A stretch of 58,667 nucleotides of DNA from Oligoflexus sp. (GTDB lineage Bacteria > Bdellovibrionota_B > Oligoflexia > Oligoflexales > Oligoflexaceae): positions 1 to 58,667 of the forward strand of contig JBGSRE010000491.1 of assembly GCA_041737755.1 (NCBI GenBank), given 5' to 3'. Of the stretch, positions 45,507 to 56,074 are shown piece after piece; position 1 is the stretch's first letter; each line of letters starts with the position of its first letter. The notes under the pieces were generated by a model. It worked only from the letters and a program-made list of their open reading frames with translations, ran no database searches and was not told where the DNA came from. The position numbers and the translations under genes were made by a program.

Positions 45507-47492
45507 TCAAGCTGCTGTTGCGGATTTTGATGTTGTAATCAGGTGATTCCAGTGCTCGAAGATCATCACCATTGCAAATGTATCTAGTTCGCAATATTTC
45601 AGAAGAGCATCCTGGATCTTATTGGCCTCAACGCCCGACATCTCTGTGAACTGCATAAGGGCGAAGGCCATCATAGCAGCACCGCCGTCGGCAATTTCGG
45701 ATGAATTGACCATCGGTTCAATTTTTTCAAGCTCCTCATCAGTGAAAATCCTGGGCAGAATCTTATATGGATCTACTATGCTGCCTTCTTTGTCCTGCCT
45801 TAGCCATACCCAGTTACAATAGTTCAAGCTGCTTGGACCCTTGTCAGATCCGTAAATTGGTGAACAGTATTTCGCTTTAAGAAAGTCTGAGTCATTGAGC
45901 ACCGCGGGTAGAACCTTCTTTATTGAGTTTGAACCGTTGGTATACGGACTGTAGTAGTATTTTTTTACAAGGTCACAAAGGTCAATCATAGTTCTGTTGC
46001 CAGCGCGCTTGATTTTGTCGATGGTTGTGGTCGTCACTGAGTCTATCCAAGTTAGCAGCTCCTGAGAGTCGCCTATGGAATCACGCGCACCCACTATCTG
46101 ATCATAGATTTGGCGGAGAACTGTATTCTCATGGTGGGAATATCTAAAAATCGAGCCGTTATCTTCCTGCAGAGACTTTTTTAATTCACGAACAAAAGTA
46201 AAGTTTGGAAATGTTCCGCGCTCGCGATGGATAAATTGTCCTTTGTGATGAATCGATCCATCTCGATCAACAATGTGGTGTGAAAATTGGAATGCGACTT
46301 GCTCGTAGGGTCGGCGACCCTTGGTAAAGGGAATCGCAACCATGGTAGTTTCAAAGTCGATAAAATGTAGTGGAAACTTGAATTTCTTAAATTCGGCGCT
46401 GATGCCCTCAATGTCGATATATGCAGATTTGTCGGATGATTTTGTCTTTTGTACCTGAAGCCACTGTCGTTGGGAACTGGTGAGTCCAGGTTCATCGCCG
46501 TCTTTCGGATTGATGTCGCTTTCTTCTACTTGATGAAGAAAATAGCGGCGGCTGTCAATGAGTGGTTGACTCTTTCGAAAGTTCCAAATGTCGAAAACCA
46601 TCGGCTTTTCAAGCTCGGTCTCCGATAAACCAGTGCCTCGCCAGCACTCATTAAAGCCCGATTTTTTGGACTCAATCTTCCTGTTGTCGATGCGGAATTC
46701 GCACGACTTGCATTCCGAAGAAATCGCGGGAGGTGCTTTCGTTGCCGTGGTCACGATCCTTGCCAGGTTGTTTAGATAGTCTTCCCAGCTATCAAACCCT
46801 CCGAACTTCTTGTTAAGTATATAGTCAACGGCTTCATTAACATTGATTTTGCAAAGAATCTGTGTCCCGAGTTGCTCCTTAGTAGTACCTGAACGAACCT
46901 TGATTGAAGATTTGCCGTTTTCATCGCGCGATATCAGGAAACGTTGATTGATCCCATCAACGCTCGCGGTAACGCTCTTATCTGCAAGCATTAGGAAGCT
47001 GCTTACTTCTAGGTTCGGGTATGCTTTGCGGGCTACATAGGTTTGAAACGAAATGTCGAGAAGATACGGTTCCCATTCGGAACGGATGGTGCCCTTCTTG
47101 GTGAAAAACGTTTCGCCTTCAGTGGGGTCGAAACTTTTTGCCTTGACTTCAATCAGTTCCATTGAGCGATTCGCCTTCTTCAAAATATCGACCCTAACAA
47201 ACAGGTCATTGTGGCGAATCGCGGCCTCAAAAATTGTCGCCTTATTTGGGGCCAGAAGTTTGTGGGTCGCTACAATCGAGGCCTCATGGTCGCGCTCCAA
47301 AACTTCAGTTCCTTCTGGGTGATAGAGCTTCGCTAGCTCACCGACTTGAAAGCCGCCCTCTGCTAATGCTCTAAGAAACGGATCATCGGCTTTTGCATTG
47401 CCGTACTCGGAATTGTCTAGATAATAAAGCTTCGTTGGACACTCAGAGCCAACTTTAAATCGTGATTTTGTTAACAATAGATTTTTGTTCAA
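45507..47492 (-). CDS. DUF2779-domain protein (RecB/Cas4-like nuclease plus RNase H-like domain)
   Basis: 'TKSRF...CPTKLYY', 'VDIL...IEVKA', 'CKSCEF..C', 'HFIDFET', 'SNSIKKVLPA', 'LLKYCELDT'. Confidence 0.8.
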   Translation of the reverse strand: MNKNLLLTKSRFKVGSECPTKLYYLDNSEYGNAKADDPFLRALAEGGFQVGELAKLYHPEGTEVLERDHEASIVATHKLLAPNKATIFEAAIRHNDLFVRVDILKKANRSMELIEVKAKSFDPTEGETFFTKKGTIRSEWEPYLLDISFQTYVARKAYPNLEVSSFLMLADKSVTASVDGINQRFLISRDENGKSSIKVRSGTTKEQLGTQILCKINVNEAVDYILNKKFGGFDSWEDYLNNLARIVTTATKAPPAISSECKSCEFRIDNRKIESKKSGFNECWRGTGLSETELEKPMVFDIWNFRKSQPLIDSRRYFLHQVEESDINPKDGDEPGLTSSQRQWLQVQKTKSSDKSAYIDIEGISAEFKKFKFPLHFIDFETTMVAIPFTKGRRPYEQVAFQFSHHIVDRDGSIHHKGQFIHRERGTFPNFTFVRELKKSLQEDNGSIFRYSHHENTVLRQIYDQIVGARDSIGDSQELLTWIDSVTTTTIDKIKRAGNRTMIDLCDLVKKYYYSPYTNGSNSIKKVLPAVLNDSDFLKAKYCSPIYGSDKGPSSLNYCNWVWLRQDKEGSIVDPYKILPRIFTDEELEKIEPMVNSSEIADGGAAMMAFALMQFTEMSGVEANKIQDALLKYCELDTFAMVMIFEHWNHLITTSKSATAA

Positions 47493-47720
47493 AAGTTTAC
47501 TCCAGGTGACGAATTCCTTGGAGAAATATCGGATGAAAAGTGAGAGATATGAAGGAGGCGATGGTGCGATGGGATATTTTTACGGACTGTACCCTACTGA
47601 TTGAATGGTGCTATCAGTTATGAATTCGAAAAGTACCAAATGAGAATCAATGGCAAACTACTCACTAATTCATGAGGAAGATCCGATATCTACCCATGGC
47701 AGCGTCTATATTTTCGTTAA

Positions 47721-50372
47721 ATGCAGAACGGATTACGAATCATGAGTACGGACCGTCACCTGTTTTTATTGGACTCCATCGGAGACCATCTTGCGCTGGG
47801 GCGTAGTCTTTCTGACATTTCGAGACGACTTCGAGCGATTGCATCAGATGAAGAAATCGAAGCGGCACTATTCGAATTTAAGTCAAAAAACGAGAAAATT
47901 CGCGCTCCAAAAAGCGTTAGCTTGCTCAGGGGAGAGCATGCGGTTGAAAGTTGGTATGTTGGACCATCAGACGATCCAACAAGCCATTGGCAACTATTGA
48001 CTGATGTCTTGAGAAACAAAAAATCTCGACCGTGGAGCGATGAAATGATCAATAGTCTGGATCATTCATCTTCTATGGTGGTTGCAAATCTCTCCCCGCC
48101 AAAATCCGTCGAACCGCGTTCGGTAAAAGGCCTGGTACTGGGATATGTTCAGAGCGGAAAAACAGCGAATTTTTCAGCGGTGATTTCGAAAGCGGTAGAC
48201 GCCGGATACCGATTTGTTGTGGTTCTCGCCGGAATGCACAACATTCTGCGGCTTCAGACGCAGGCGAGATTGAATGAAGAGCTTGTCGAACCTAAAAAAT
48301 CAGCATGTACCACACTAACCAGAGTTGATGAGTTTGGTGATTTTCAAAGAAAGCAGGCTGTAGCCGGGGATCGAGCTCTCGGATCGAGTGATGGTTTCTG
48401 CCTTGTCGTACTTAAGAAAAATTCTGCCGTATTGAGGAGCTTCAATTCGTGGTTGGATGCAACAAGTAAAGAAGTCTTAGCTAGCTGTCCAACTCTGATC
48501 ATCGACGACGAATCTGATCAGGCAAGTGTCAATACAGCAAAGCCAGAAAACGATCCAACGGCAATTAACGATCACATTCGTAATATCATCAAAAAGTTTC
48601 GGGTGTCGAGCTACGTAGGGTATACAGCGACACCTTTCGCGAATGTATTGATAGATGCTTCGTTGGATGATGATCTTTATCCAAAGGACTTTGTCGTTAG
48701 TCTTGATAAGCCAGTTGGATATGTCGGAGCTGAGGAGCTATTCGGTCGCGATGCGATTGAGCCAAAGGGGGCGTTGAATGGTATACCTGTCATTAGAACC
48801 ATTCCAGATAATGATGCGGATCGCCATTCTCCCGCTCGCAGCACAAAGTCGCCAGTAAACAATGTGATAACCGGCTCTTTGGCAGAAGCGATTGATGCTT
48901 TTATAGTAGGTTGCAGCGCTAGACTTTCTCGGAATCAATGGGGTCAGCACATGACAATGTTGATTCACACTTCTCAGTTAGTCTTGCAGCACACGGAATT
49001 AAAATCGGCGATTGATCAGCTTGTTTTAGATATGAAATTGGACCGTAGGGACAACATGGAGTCATTTAAGGAGCGTCTAAAATTGCATTGGGAACGCGAC
49101 TTTGTGCGAGTGTCCAAACTATTTAAGGCTGCCGAAATCCCTGCATTTGACATCGTCTGGCGCAATTCCGAAAAGCTCATCGAAAGGCTTGAAGTAATAA
49201 TGGAGAACCATGAGTCCGAAGAACGTCTCACTTACGATCGGCCAGATCCATTCTGGGGCATAGTCGTTGGTGGAAACACGCTTTCGCGGGGACTAACCCT
49301 TGAAGGGCTCACAACCAGCTACTTCGTCAGGAACTCCAAAGGCTACGATACCCTACTGCAAATGGGACGATGGTTTGGCTATCGCCCCAACTATGTCGAC
49401 CTAACACGGATTTATGTCACCGAAGAACTCCAGTCAAAGTTCTATCATTTAGCGACCGTAGAAGAGGAAGTTCGAGACGAGATAAAGACTATGGCTGCAA
49501 ATTGTGAGAGACCAATTGATGTTGGGCTAAAAATTCGTACGCATCCCGCAATGACAGTGACTTCTAACCTCAAAATGCGGCAAGCGAAGCAGTGCTCGCT
49601 GACCTACTCAGGTGCGAAAATTCAGGCTCTTTATATGAACTTGAATGACAAAGGTCTGATTTCAAAGAATCTAAATGCAGTGGCTCGTCTACTCGATGAT
49701 GCCGAGAAGTTTTCTGGAAAGCCTACCAAGCCTTCGTTCGAGGAATTGAATGCAGCACTTGTTTATCGCAATGTGGATTCTGAATTGATACTGCAGTTTT
49801 TGGAGCGATACGAGTTTAGCCCAGCAAACATTCGATTTAGCTCGAAGATGATCAGTGACTACATTACTGATTTGGCAAAAGTACATGAACTAACTAAGTG
49901 GTCAGTGGCACTGATGTCGACGAAAACCGGCGAACAAGTCGAGATTGGAAAAGGACGATTGGTGCGGATGGTAGATAGATCGATAGTGAAAATGGCACGA
50001 TCAGATCGTGATCCGACCGCGTCCCATGTTAAAGTTGTCACGGCCCCTAGAGACGAAATAGTTGATTTAGAGGATGTACTTGCTACAAAAAACATGCGCG
50101 TTTTGTCAAAAGATGACCCTTTTGAAAATAGCGGGCTCACCGAGACTTCAATTCGACAAAATATCCGTCCAGTTGAACGTGGTTTGCTTTTATTATACCC
50201 AATTAGTCCGAACCTACATATGCCCGCTGAGGATGTGGAGCAGTACAAACATTCTCTCTCCCAGACCATGCCTTTGCGAGCAATTGCCCCAGTGATCGGA
50301 GTTGCGTTTGTATTCCCAAAGTCGCTCGGTAGTAAAAGCACGTACCGTTACGTGGTAAATGGGTCCGTCTAA
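47721..50372 (+). CDS. Z1-domain protein with an SF2 helicase-like N-terminus
   Basis: 'GYVQSGKT', 'IIDDESDQAS', 'YVGYTATPFAN', 'GGNTLSRGLTLEGL', 'DTLLQMGRWFGYR'. Confidence 0.9.
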   Translation: MQNGLRIMSTDRHLFLLDSIGDHLALGRSLSDISRRLRAIASDEEIEAALFEFKSKNEKIRAPKSVSLLRGEHAVESWYVGPSDDPTSHWQLLTDVLRNKKSRPWSDEMINSLDHSSSMVVANLSPPKSVEPRSVKGLVLGYVQSGKTANFSAVISKAVDAGYRFVVVLAGMHNILRLQTQARLNEELVEPKKSACTTLTRVDEFGDFQRKQAVAGDRALGSSDGFCLVVLKKNSAVLRSFNSWLDATSKEVLASCPTLIIDDESDQASVNTAKPENDPTAINDHIRNIIKKFRVSSYVGYTATPFANVLIDASLDDDLYPKDFVVSLDKPVGYVGAEELFGRDAIEPKGALNGIPVIRTIPDNDADRHSPARSTKSPVNNVITGSLAEAIDAFIVGCSARLSRNQWGQHMTMLIHTSQLVLQHTELKSAIDQLVLDMKLDRRDNMESFKERLKLHWERDFVRVSKLFKAAEIPAFDIVWRNSEKLIERLEVIMENHESEERLTYDRPDPFWGIVVGGNTLSRGLTLEGLTTSYFVRNSKGYDTLLQMGRWFGYRPNYVDLTRIYVTEELQSKFYHLATVEEEVRDEIKTMAANCERPIDVGLKIRTHPAMTVTSNLKMRQAKQCSLTYSGAKIQALYMNLNDKGLISKNLNAVARLLDDAEKFSGKPTKPSFEELNAALVYRNVDSELILQFLERYEFSPANIRFSSKMISDYITDLAKVHELTKWSVALMSTKTGEQVEIGKGRLVRMVDRSIVKMARSDRDPTASHVKVVTAPRDEIVDLEDVLATKNMRVLSKDDPFENSGLTETSIRQNIRPVERGLLLLYPISPNLHMPAEDVEQYKHSLSQTMPLRAIAPVIGVAFVFPKSLGSKSTYRYVVNGSV

Positions 50373-50548
50373 CTGTCTAGCTTGATCTAAGCCCCAAAAA
50401 CCCCAAGTTTTATTGATTTAGATGCAAATATTGAGCCTGACAATAGTCATTTCAGCACGTTGCCTGCCTCCTTGCGCGCAATTTAGGCGTATACATTTTA
50501 AGCAGGATATTATATATAGACCATGTCTATTGATAATAGTTGGTTATA

Positions 50549-50956
50549 ATGAGTCATAACATCAATCCAGGTATTAATATCCAGGCTCCGTGGGCTCTGC
50601 TCCTTCTTGACCAGAAGAAGCAAATCGAGACCCGGACGTATGCGTTACCGACGAAGTACGCAGGGCAGGATCTCTGGCTGATCGAGACTCCCGGGAAGTC
50701 AGGCAAATTCAAAGCACGTGTTATTGGGATTATCAGGTTCTCGGAAAGCAAAGAGTACAAGTCAGAGAGTGAGTTCTTTGAGGATGCTGATCTGCACCTG
50801 ATTGACCCTGGCAACCGCGAGTATGCTTGGCGCTCAAACACTAGGAAATTTGGTTGGATAGTCGATCGTGTAAAAGCAGTCGAACAGTTTGTTGCGCCGT
50901 TTCCGCGCGGGATTGTCTATGCAAGTCCGTTCGAAGCGCCCGTTAGGAGACAATAA
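50549..50956 (+). CDS. ASCH-domain protein
   Basis: 'INIQAPWALLLLDQKKQIETR' matches the ASCH signature; ATG 50549 is the likely start. Confidence 0.8.
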   Translation: MSHNINPGINIQAPWALLLLDQKKQIETRTYALPTKYAGQDLWLIETPGKSGKFKARVIGIIRFSESKEYKSESEFFEDADLHLIDPGNREYAWRSNTRKFGWIVDRVKAVEQFVAPFPRGIVYASPFEAPVRRQ

Positions 50957-52320
50957 TGAGCTTAGAATTAAATTATGCAGGCGAACACAAAGTAATCCCC
51001 TTTCCAACACTCCCAAGAACAATCGCCAAAGAGTCTGGACATAGTGAGTTTGCCGAAATTGGGCCAATCGAAGCCGAAATGAGAGCCAAGCTCGCGAAAC
51101 TAAAGAATTGCCGATACCCGGATGAGTTCGACTGGTCCGTCTATGACAAAATTGCTAAAAACTTCGAGACACCTCCCAGAGGAGGAGTCGTATTTAACAC
51201 AACAATGAAGCTGGTCAACTATCATTCGAGTTGTAGCAAATGCCATTACGCTTTCGAATTGGACACCTACGGTCGAGGATGCTTTCACAATTGCGTTTAT
51301 TGTTACGCGAAGGATCAATTGACCACTTATAGGTATTGGAATGAGCCGCAGCCGTTTCCGGTAAACCTTGCTGAGATCCGCAAGGTTTTCTATACGGTAT
51401 TCGAGACAGATAAGCCCTCGAAGTGGCGCGAGATCATGGAAAAGAAAATCCCGCTCCGATTAGGCTCTATGAGCGATAGCTTCATGTGGTTGGATGTGAA
51501 GTACGGCGTCACGAAAGAATTATTGAAGATTCTTAATTACTATCGATATCCGCATTTGATTTTCACTAGATCAGATCTTGTTGCTCACGATGAGTACATA
51601 AATCTTTTGGATCCTAAAATCTCTGCAGTACATTTCTCAGTATCAGGCAATAATCATGAAATGATTCGAAAAATTGAGCCAGGCGCACCTAGTTTTAGGC
51701 GTCGCATGAATGCACTTAAAAAGTTACACTCTGCCGAAATTATAACGTCTGTGCGAATCAACCCCCTGTTTCCTACTCATCCTGACGGCTATTTCTCTGA
51801 TAGAGAGAGTTTGAATTCACGCTTTGCCAGTAATGAAGAAATGCCGAGACTTGAATTGTATGATGATGACTTTATTCCGCAGATTGCAGAGTCAGGGGTC
51901 AAAAGCATTGTCGCAGGATTTGTGCGCCTGTCGGGCAACGCGATCAATAGCATATCTCGACAAACAGGTGTGGATTTACGTTCTTTCTTCAAGTCTGAAT
52001 TGCGCAAAGGCGGCAACGGAGATAATGCATACACCTCCAAGGAAATTGCTCACTACTATCGAATAATTCAGAAGAAGTGCGCGGAGAATTCTCTTCGGTT
52101 TTCGACCTGCTACATTGGAACGGGAATCAATGAATTTTTCCAACACCAGGATTTATGGACAAACAAGAAGGATTGTTGTGACATAATGGGTAGACTTCCA
52201 CTTTTTGAGAAGAGTTCGCAGGACATTGATTGGGATGTGCGCCTCAAACATGCATCCAACAAAGAAGAAGCGCTTATCGCTAGAAAAGCAGATGAAATAC
52301 ATGAGAAGAAAGACCCATAA
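50956..52320 (+). CDS. Radical SAM protein of the SplB/COG1533-like family
   Basis: CxxxCxxC in 'GCFHNCVYCYA'; 'RLGSMSD', 'FTRSDLV', 'IEPGAPS...RINPLFP'; extra CSKC and a C-terminal CC. Confidence 0.85.
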   Translation: MSLELNYAGEHKVIPFPTLPRTIAKESGHSEFAEIGPIEAEMRAKLAKLKNCRYPDEFDWSVYDKIAKNFETPPRGGVVFNTTMKLVNYHSSCSKCHYAFELDTYGRGCFHNCVYCYAKDQLTTYRYWNEPQPFPVNLAEIRKVFYTVFETDKPSKWREIMEKKIPLRLGSMSDSFMWLDVKYGVTKELLKILNYYRYPHLIFTRSDLVAHDEYINLLDPKISAVHFSVSGNNHEMIRKIEPGAPSFRRRMNALKKLHSAEIITSVRINPLFPTHPDGYFSDRESLNSRFASNEEMPRLELYDDDFIPQIAESGVKSIVAGFVRLSGNAINSISRQTGVDLRSFFKSELRKGGNGDNAYTSKEIAHYYRIIQKKCAENSLRFSTCYIGTGINEFFQHQDLWTNKKDCCDIMGRLPLFEKSSQDIDWDVRLKHASNKEEALIARKADEIHEKKDP

Positions 52321-52355
52321 CAAATTATTCAGTCTACTTGCGTAATCCTGCAATT

Positions 52356-52608
52356 TCCGACCACTGATTCTCGTTTCTTCCGACCATTGATTCCTGCCCT
52401 CGGACCATCGATTCCTGCGCCTCCGACCAGTCGAATATTTAGTGGAAACTCTGAACCGCAAGCTGCGACTGTACTGGGGTGGGGGTCGGCGAATCTCGAT
52501 CCATCACCTGTGAAGAAAAATTCCTTGAGAAGGTAATTGGCATACCTAGGCCGCTAGACTAGGGATGGGGTGGTCGGCCTAGCGAGACTGAGCGGTCTTT
52601 TTCACAGG
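52356..52608. repeat. Degenerate ~22-bp tandem repeats followed by nested inverted repeats
   Basis: GACCA cores at 52359, 52382, 52403 and 52425; stems CCTGTGAA/TTCACAGG (52507/52601) and CTAGGCCG/CGGCCTAG (52546/52575). Confidence 0.6.
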
Positions 52609-52792
52609 AATGCGCATTACTGCGGAATTCAAAACAAGTTGTTGTGATATGGAGAGATAGTCAAACCATTCATGACATAGTCTCAACAAATTGGTTGGGA
52701 TGTCCGTAACACATTAGTCAATTTAAAATTTTAGGTGAGAAGGTGCGTCTGGTCTAAATTAAAGACTCAGAAGGAAGTCGAAATTTTTACAT

Positions 52793-55700
52793 CTAAGCTG
52801 CTGTAGTGACCGCATTTCCTTTACTAGCAATAGCAATTGCAACCACCCATTTTTCGAGTACGGTCGCTTCATCTACTTTGCCAGAAGACAATCTTTCAGC
52901 AAGCACAGATACGGTTGCAAACATTTCTATGAGGCTATCCTTCTTAGTAGGCGAACTACCTATATTTGCGATCTTCGCAATCCGCTTGCGACTATCTATG
53001 AAATCCTTCTTAGTAAAATCAGCATTAGGAAATGGAAGCTCCTTCAGGTCGCCCTGTTCGAAATGGGGCATCACTAACTTATAGCCAGTTACTTTGCATC
53101 GCAAAAAGTCGTTAACTAATTTTGAATTTAGCATTCCCGTAACAAACCATTCATCAAATGGCGCGTTTGACTTCAATCGCAACATGTAGATGCTTTGGGG
53201 TACTACAACCCCTTCAAGATCTACAGCGGCAATAAAATTTGGAGAGCTTTTCTGTAAAATAATCTTTGGAGCAGAATAAAGAGATTTGTCTTTTTTGATA
53301 TCTGGTACATATCCAGAATTTTTGTAGTCTATCCTGTATTGTTTTATTGATTCTCCTCCTCTTAAAATTTTTATTTTCCCACTTGATCCGATGTGTTTTT
53401 TCGAGATTTCTTCGCCGCGACTGTCAACGCAGAAATCAGATAGCTTTCTACACGTCCCTGATGTCAATTTGTAATACTCACAGTTTGGCATTAAGTAGGT
53501 CCAGGGTAGTTCAGCGCTCTGTGGGAAGTCACTGGTTACATCAAACGCCCCAACTACACAGTGTTTTGGAACTTCAGCAGTTTTTTCAAATTCAATTCTA
53601 TCTTCTTTCTTATCAATTCTTATAAATGCTGTTTTTGGGACCTTTATTTTGGCCAGGCGAGAACAGGTGACTATAACGTTAGATACATTTGCATCTATAA
53701 AAACATCTGAAATGTGGACACATGATATTAGCGTAACATCATCGGAGTCTCGGATTAATTTCCGAAAACTCAAGCCATTCTTGCGAACAAGTAGTGGATC
53801 AGGAACAATCATTGAAAAAACGCCACCATGAGCGGTCAGCTTTCTTGCGCATAAATTTAGAAACTCAAGGTAAAGGTCACCCTGTCCCGAAATTTCATCA
53901 AATCTTTGATCTGTAATATTCTTTCGTGCTATGTAAGGAGGGTTGCCAACTACCGCATCGAATCCTTGTGATTCTGAAAATGTTTTAGGGAATGAAGTAG
54001 AAAGTTTAAAATCGTCTGACAAACTGTTCCCGACTGTCAACTGCCCATCTAAATCTTCCAGTTGTTGATTTGATGCTGCTGTTTCAAGCCAAAGGCTCAT
54101 TTTTGCTAGTTTTACCGCGCGAGAATTTATATCCACGCCGTAAATGCAGTGATGAAGAATTAATCGTTTTGCATCGACTAGGGAGATGTCGAGATCTTCT
54201 TGAATTTCATCGTCTAACTTTGAGATGTATTGCTTGGCAAGAAAGTCAAGCGCACCTGCTAAAAAATGCCCTGATCCCATGGCCGGATCACACACGCGCA
54301 TCTTCAGAATTTCCGTCGAACTTTTTCCCTTTAGAGTTGATTCCAGGCAACTTTTAACCATAAATCTGACGACGTAGTCTGGAGTATAATAGCTACCTGT
54401 CGACTTCCGGTCCTCGTTATTTGGCGAAAAAAATAATCTTCCCTTGATCGCCGTCGGTACCTTTGCTTTGCGTATTTTTTCGCTATTGATGTCTGCTGGT
54501 TTCCATTGGCCCTTCACGAAAGCCAAATCAGATTCAGCCTGCTCTAATCGAAATTCCAAAAAACTTTCATATATTGAACCTAGTTGCCTAGGCGCAAAGT
54601 AGCTATAGGCGATTTGCTGATAGGATCCAGCTTTGTCTCCATCAATGTAGGTTAGCTCAAACAGTAGATTCACCATTTCTTTGTTTGAAAGCTTATGCTT
54701 TTTAGCAAAAGCCATCTCTATTTCTGAAAACACTGTTTCTTTGAATCCGCTGATTGAAAATGTTGCGGTTGGATGCGGTAGTCCAGTCTGGAGCACTTCA
54801 ACTAAATGCATTAGTCCATCATAAAGTTGCGTTCCTTCGGAGGTGTAGTCAAATTGTTCTTTGAATCGTCTTTTTAATGTGGGTGTATTTAGATCATCGA
54901 CCTCCTTTTCAGGGTCGAAAAAATCTAGTTTGTCTATGACGTTGGAAATAGACATTTTACGATATTCAGGATTCTGCCTTATTGGAAGTATATTACGGGA
55001 TTCACAGTATCGAATGAAAAGGATATTAAAAATGTGACTTTCCGCAACGCTTCTAGTTATCTCAAATTGTGATTCGGAGAAAACTTTCCCTATTGAGCGG
55101 CGGAATCCGTTGCAAGCAATCGACATTGAAGAAACGAATCGTACTTTAAGGTTGTCTTCGATGCTATCTGAGTACTTACGGCTATACGCAATCAAGTCAT
55201 CGACGAATTTACGACCTCCTTCCTCATTGTGAAGTGCTGCTTTAGAGAAAATATGGAAGAAGTACTTTGCATTATCGACGAATAGTTTGTAATCAGATGT
55301 ATTCGTGTCCATACCAGCAAGAACGTGCTTTACTAGCTTACCCAGATTAAATTGATAGCAGCGCTTAAAGGAGCCAGAAGACAGTTCTCGATGGTAGAGT
55401 CGCCAAGTGCGTCCATCAGTGAGTATTCCGTAATCATGGTGTAGGATCTCGACATATTTTAAACATTGTTCATCGAAGTCTAGTGACTTGGTTGAATCGC
55501 GCTGATTTTTATTCTCTGTCTTGAATTTTTCTTTGCATTTTGAGTACTTGGATTCGTCGATTCGTCCCCAGTATTTTGCCTCGATTGAGATTATTGATGA
55601 TGCTCGGGCTTCCTCAAGCTTGGCATCACCACTTTTCTTTTCAATATGCCTCAGCTGCTTAGGATCGTTTACAATCAGGAAGTCAGGTTTATAAGTCTTT

Positions 55701-56074
55701 GTTTCTCCATTTTCTTTTACACTGAACGACTCGTCTTCTATCCATGGATCCAAAGCTCCAGTACTCCAACCAAGATGCCTCAAGATGGGCTTTATAAATC
55801 TATCTATGGTTGTACGTTCACTCCACGCTTCAAAAGATTCACCGCGAAGTTCTTCACAGGTGTTTCGAAATTGCTCGCAAAATTCATAGAACGGCCCAGC
55901 TGCGTCGTGTTCCCAAACGTCCCGATATTTATTGGGCACATCGCTGCGAAGGTAAACGTCGCTAAATAGAGTAGATTGCCAAAATGGATTGCTATCTTTA
56001 AGTTGTTCGAGTTGAGCGTGGGACGGGTGCGTGACTTCCTTCTTTTTCTGACTCGAAAGCTTTATCGCCACCAT
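52793..56074 (-). CDS. Type IIG (Eco57I-like) restriction-modification fusion enzyme
   Basis: N-terminal 'PDFL...IEAK' and 'GILTDGRTWRLY'; 'GSYYTP', 'VCDPAMGSGHFL', 'VVGNPPY'; TaqI-C-like TRD. Confidence 0.9.
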   Translation of the reverse strand: MVAIKLSSQKKKEVTHPSHAQLEQLKDSNPFWQSTLFSDVYLRSDVPNKYRDVWEHDAAGPFYEFCEQFRNTCEELRGESFEAWSERTTIDRFIKPILRHLGWSTGALDPWIEDESFSVKENGETKTYKPDFLIVNDPKQLRHIEKKSGDAKLEEARASSIISIEAKYWGRIDESKYSKCKEKFKTENKNQRDSTKSLDFDEQCLKYVEILHHDYGILTDGRTWRLYHRELSSGSFKRCYQFNLGKLVKHVLAGMDTNTSDYKLFVDNAKYFFHIFSKAALHNEEGGRKFVDDLIAYSRKYSDSIEDNLKVRFVSSMSIACNGFRRSIGKVFSESQFEITRSVAESHIFNILFIRYCESRNILPIRQNPEYRKMSISNVIDKLDFFDPEKEVDDLNTPTLKRRFKEQFDYTSEGTQLYDGLMHLVEVLQTGLPHPTATFSISGFKETVFSEIEMAFAKKHKLSNKEMVNLLFELTYIDGDKAGSYQQIAYSYFAPRQLGSIYESFLEFRLEQAESDLAFVKGQWKPADINSEKIRKAKVPTAIKGRLFFSPNNEDRKSTGSYYTPDYVVRFMVKSCLESTLKGKSSTEILKMRVCDPAMGSGHFLAGALDFLAKQYISKLDDEIQEDLDISLVDAKRLILHHCIYGVDINSRAVKLAKMSLWLETAASNQQLEDLDGQLTVGNSLSDDFKLSTSFPKTFSESQGFDAVVGNPPYIARKNITDQRFDEISGQGDLYLEFLNLCARKLTAHGGVFSMIVPDPLLVRKNGLSFRKLIRDSDDVTLISCVHISDVFIDANVSNVIVTCSRLAKIKVPKTAFIRIDKKEDRIEFEKTAEVPKHCVVGAFDVTSDFPQSAELPWTYLMPNCEYYKLTSGTCRKLSDFCVDSRGEEISKKHIGSSGKIKILRGGESIKQYRIDYKNSGYVPDIKKDKSLYSAPKIILQKSSPNFIAAVDLEGVVVPQSIYMLRLKSNAPFDEWFVTGMLNSKLVNDFLRCKVTGYKLVMPHFEQGDLKELPFPNADFTKKDFIDSRKRIAKIANIGSSPTKKDSLIEMFATVSVLAERLSSGKVDEATVLEKWVVAIAIASKGNAVTTAA

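Noticed and set aside
52153-52461. Minus-strand 102-aa ORF as a RiPP precursor for the radical SAM
   Set aside because: It is antisense to and overlaps the enzyme gene, the repeat spacing is mostly not a multiple of 3, and the enzyme looks SplB-like rather than SPASM-type.
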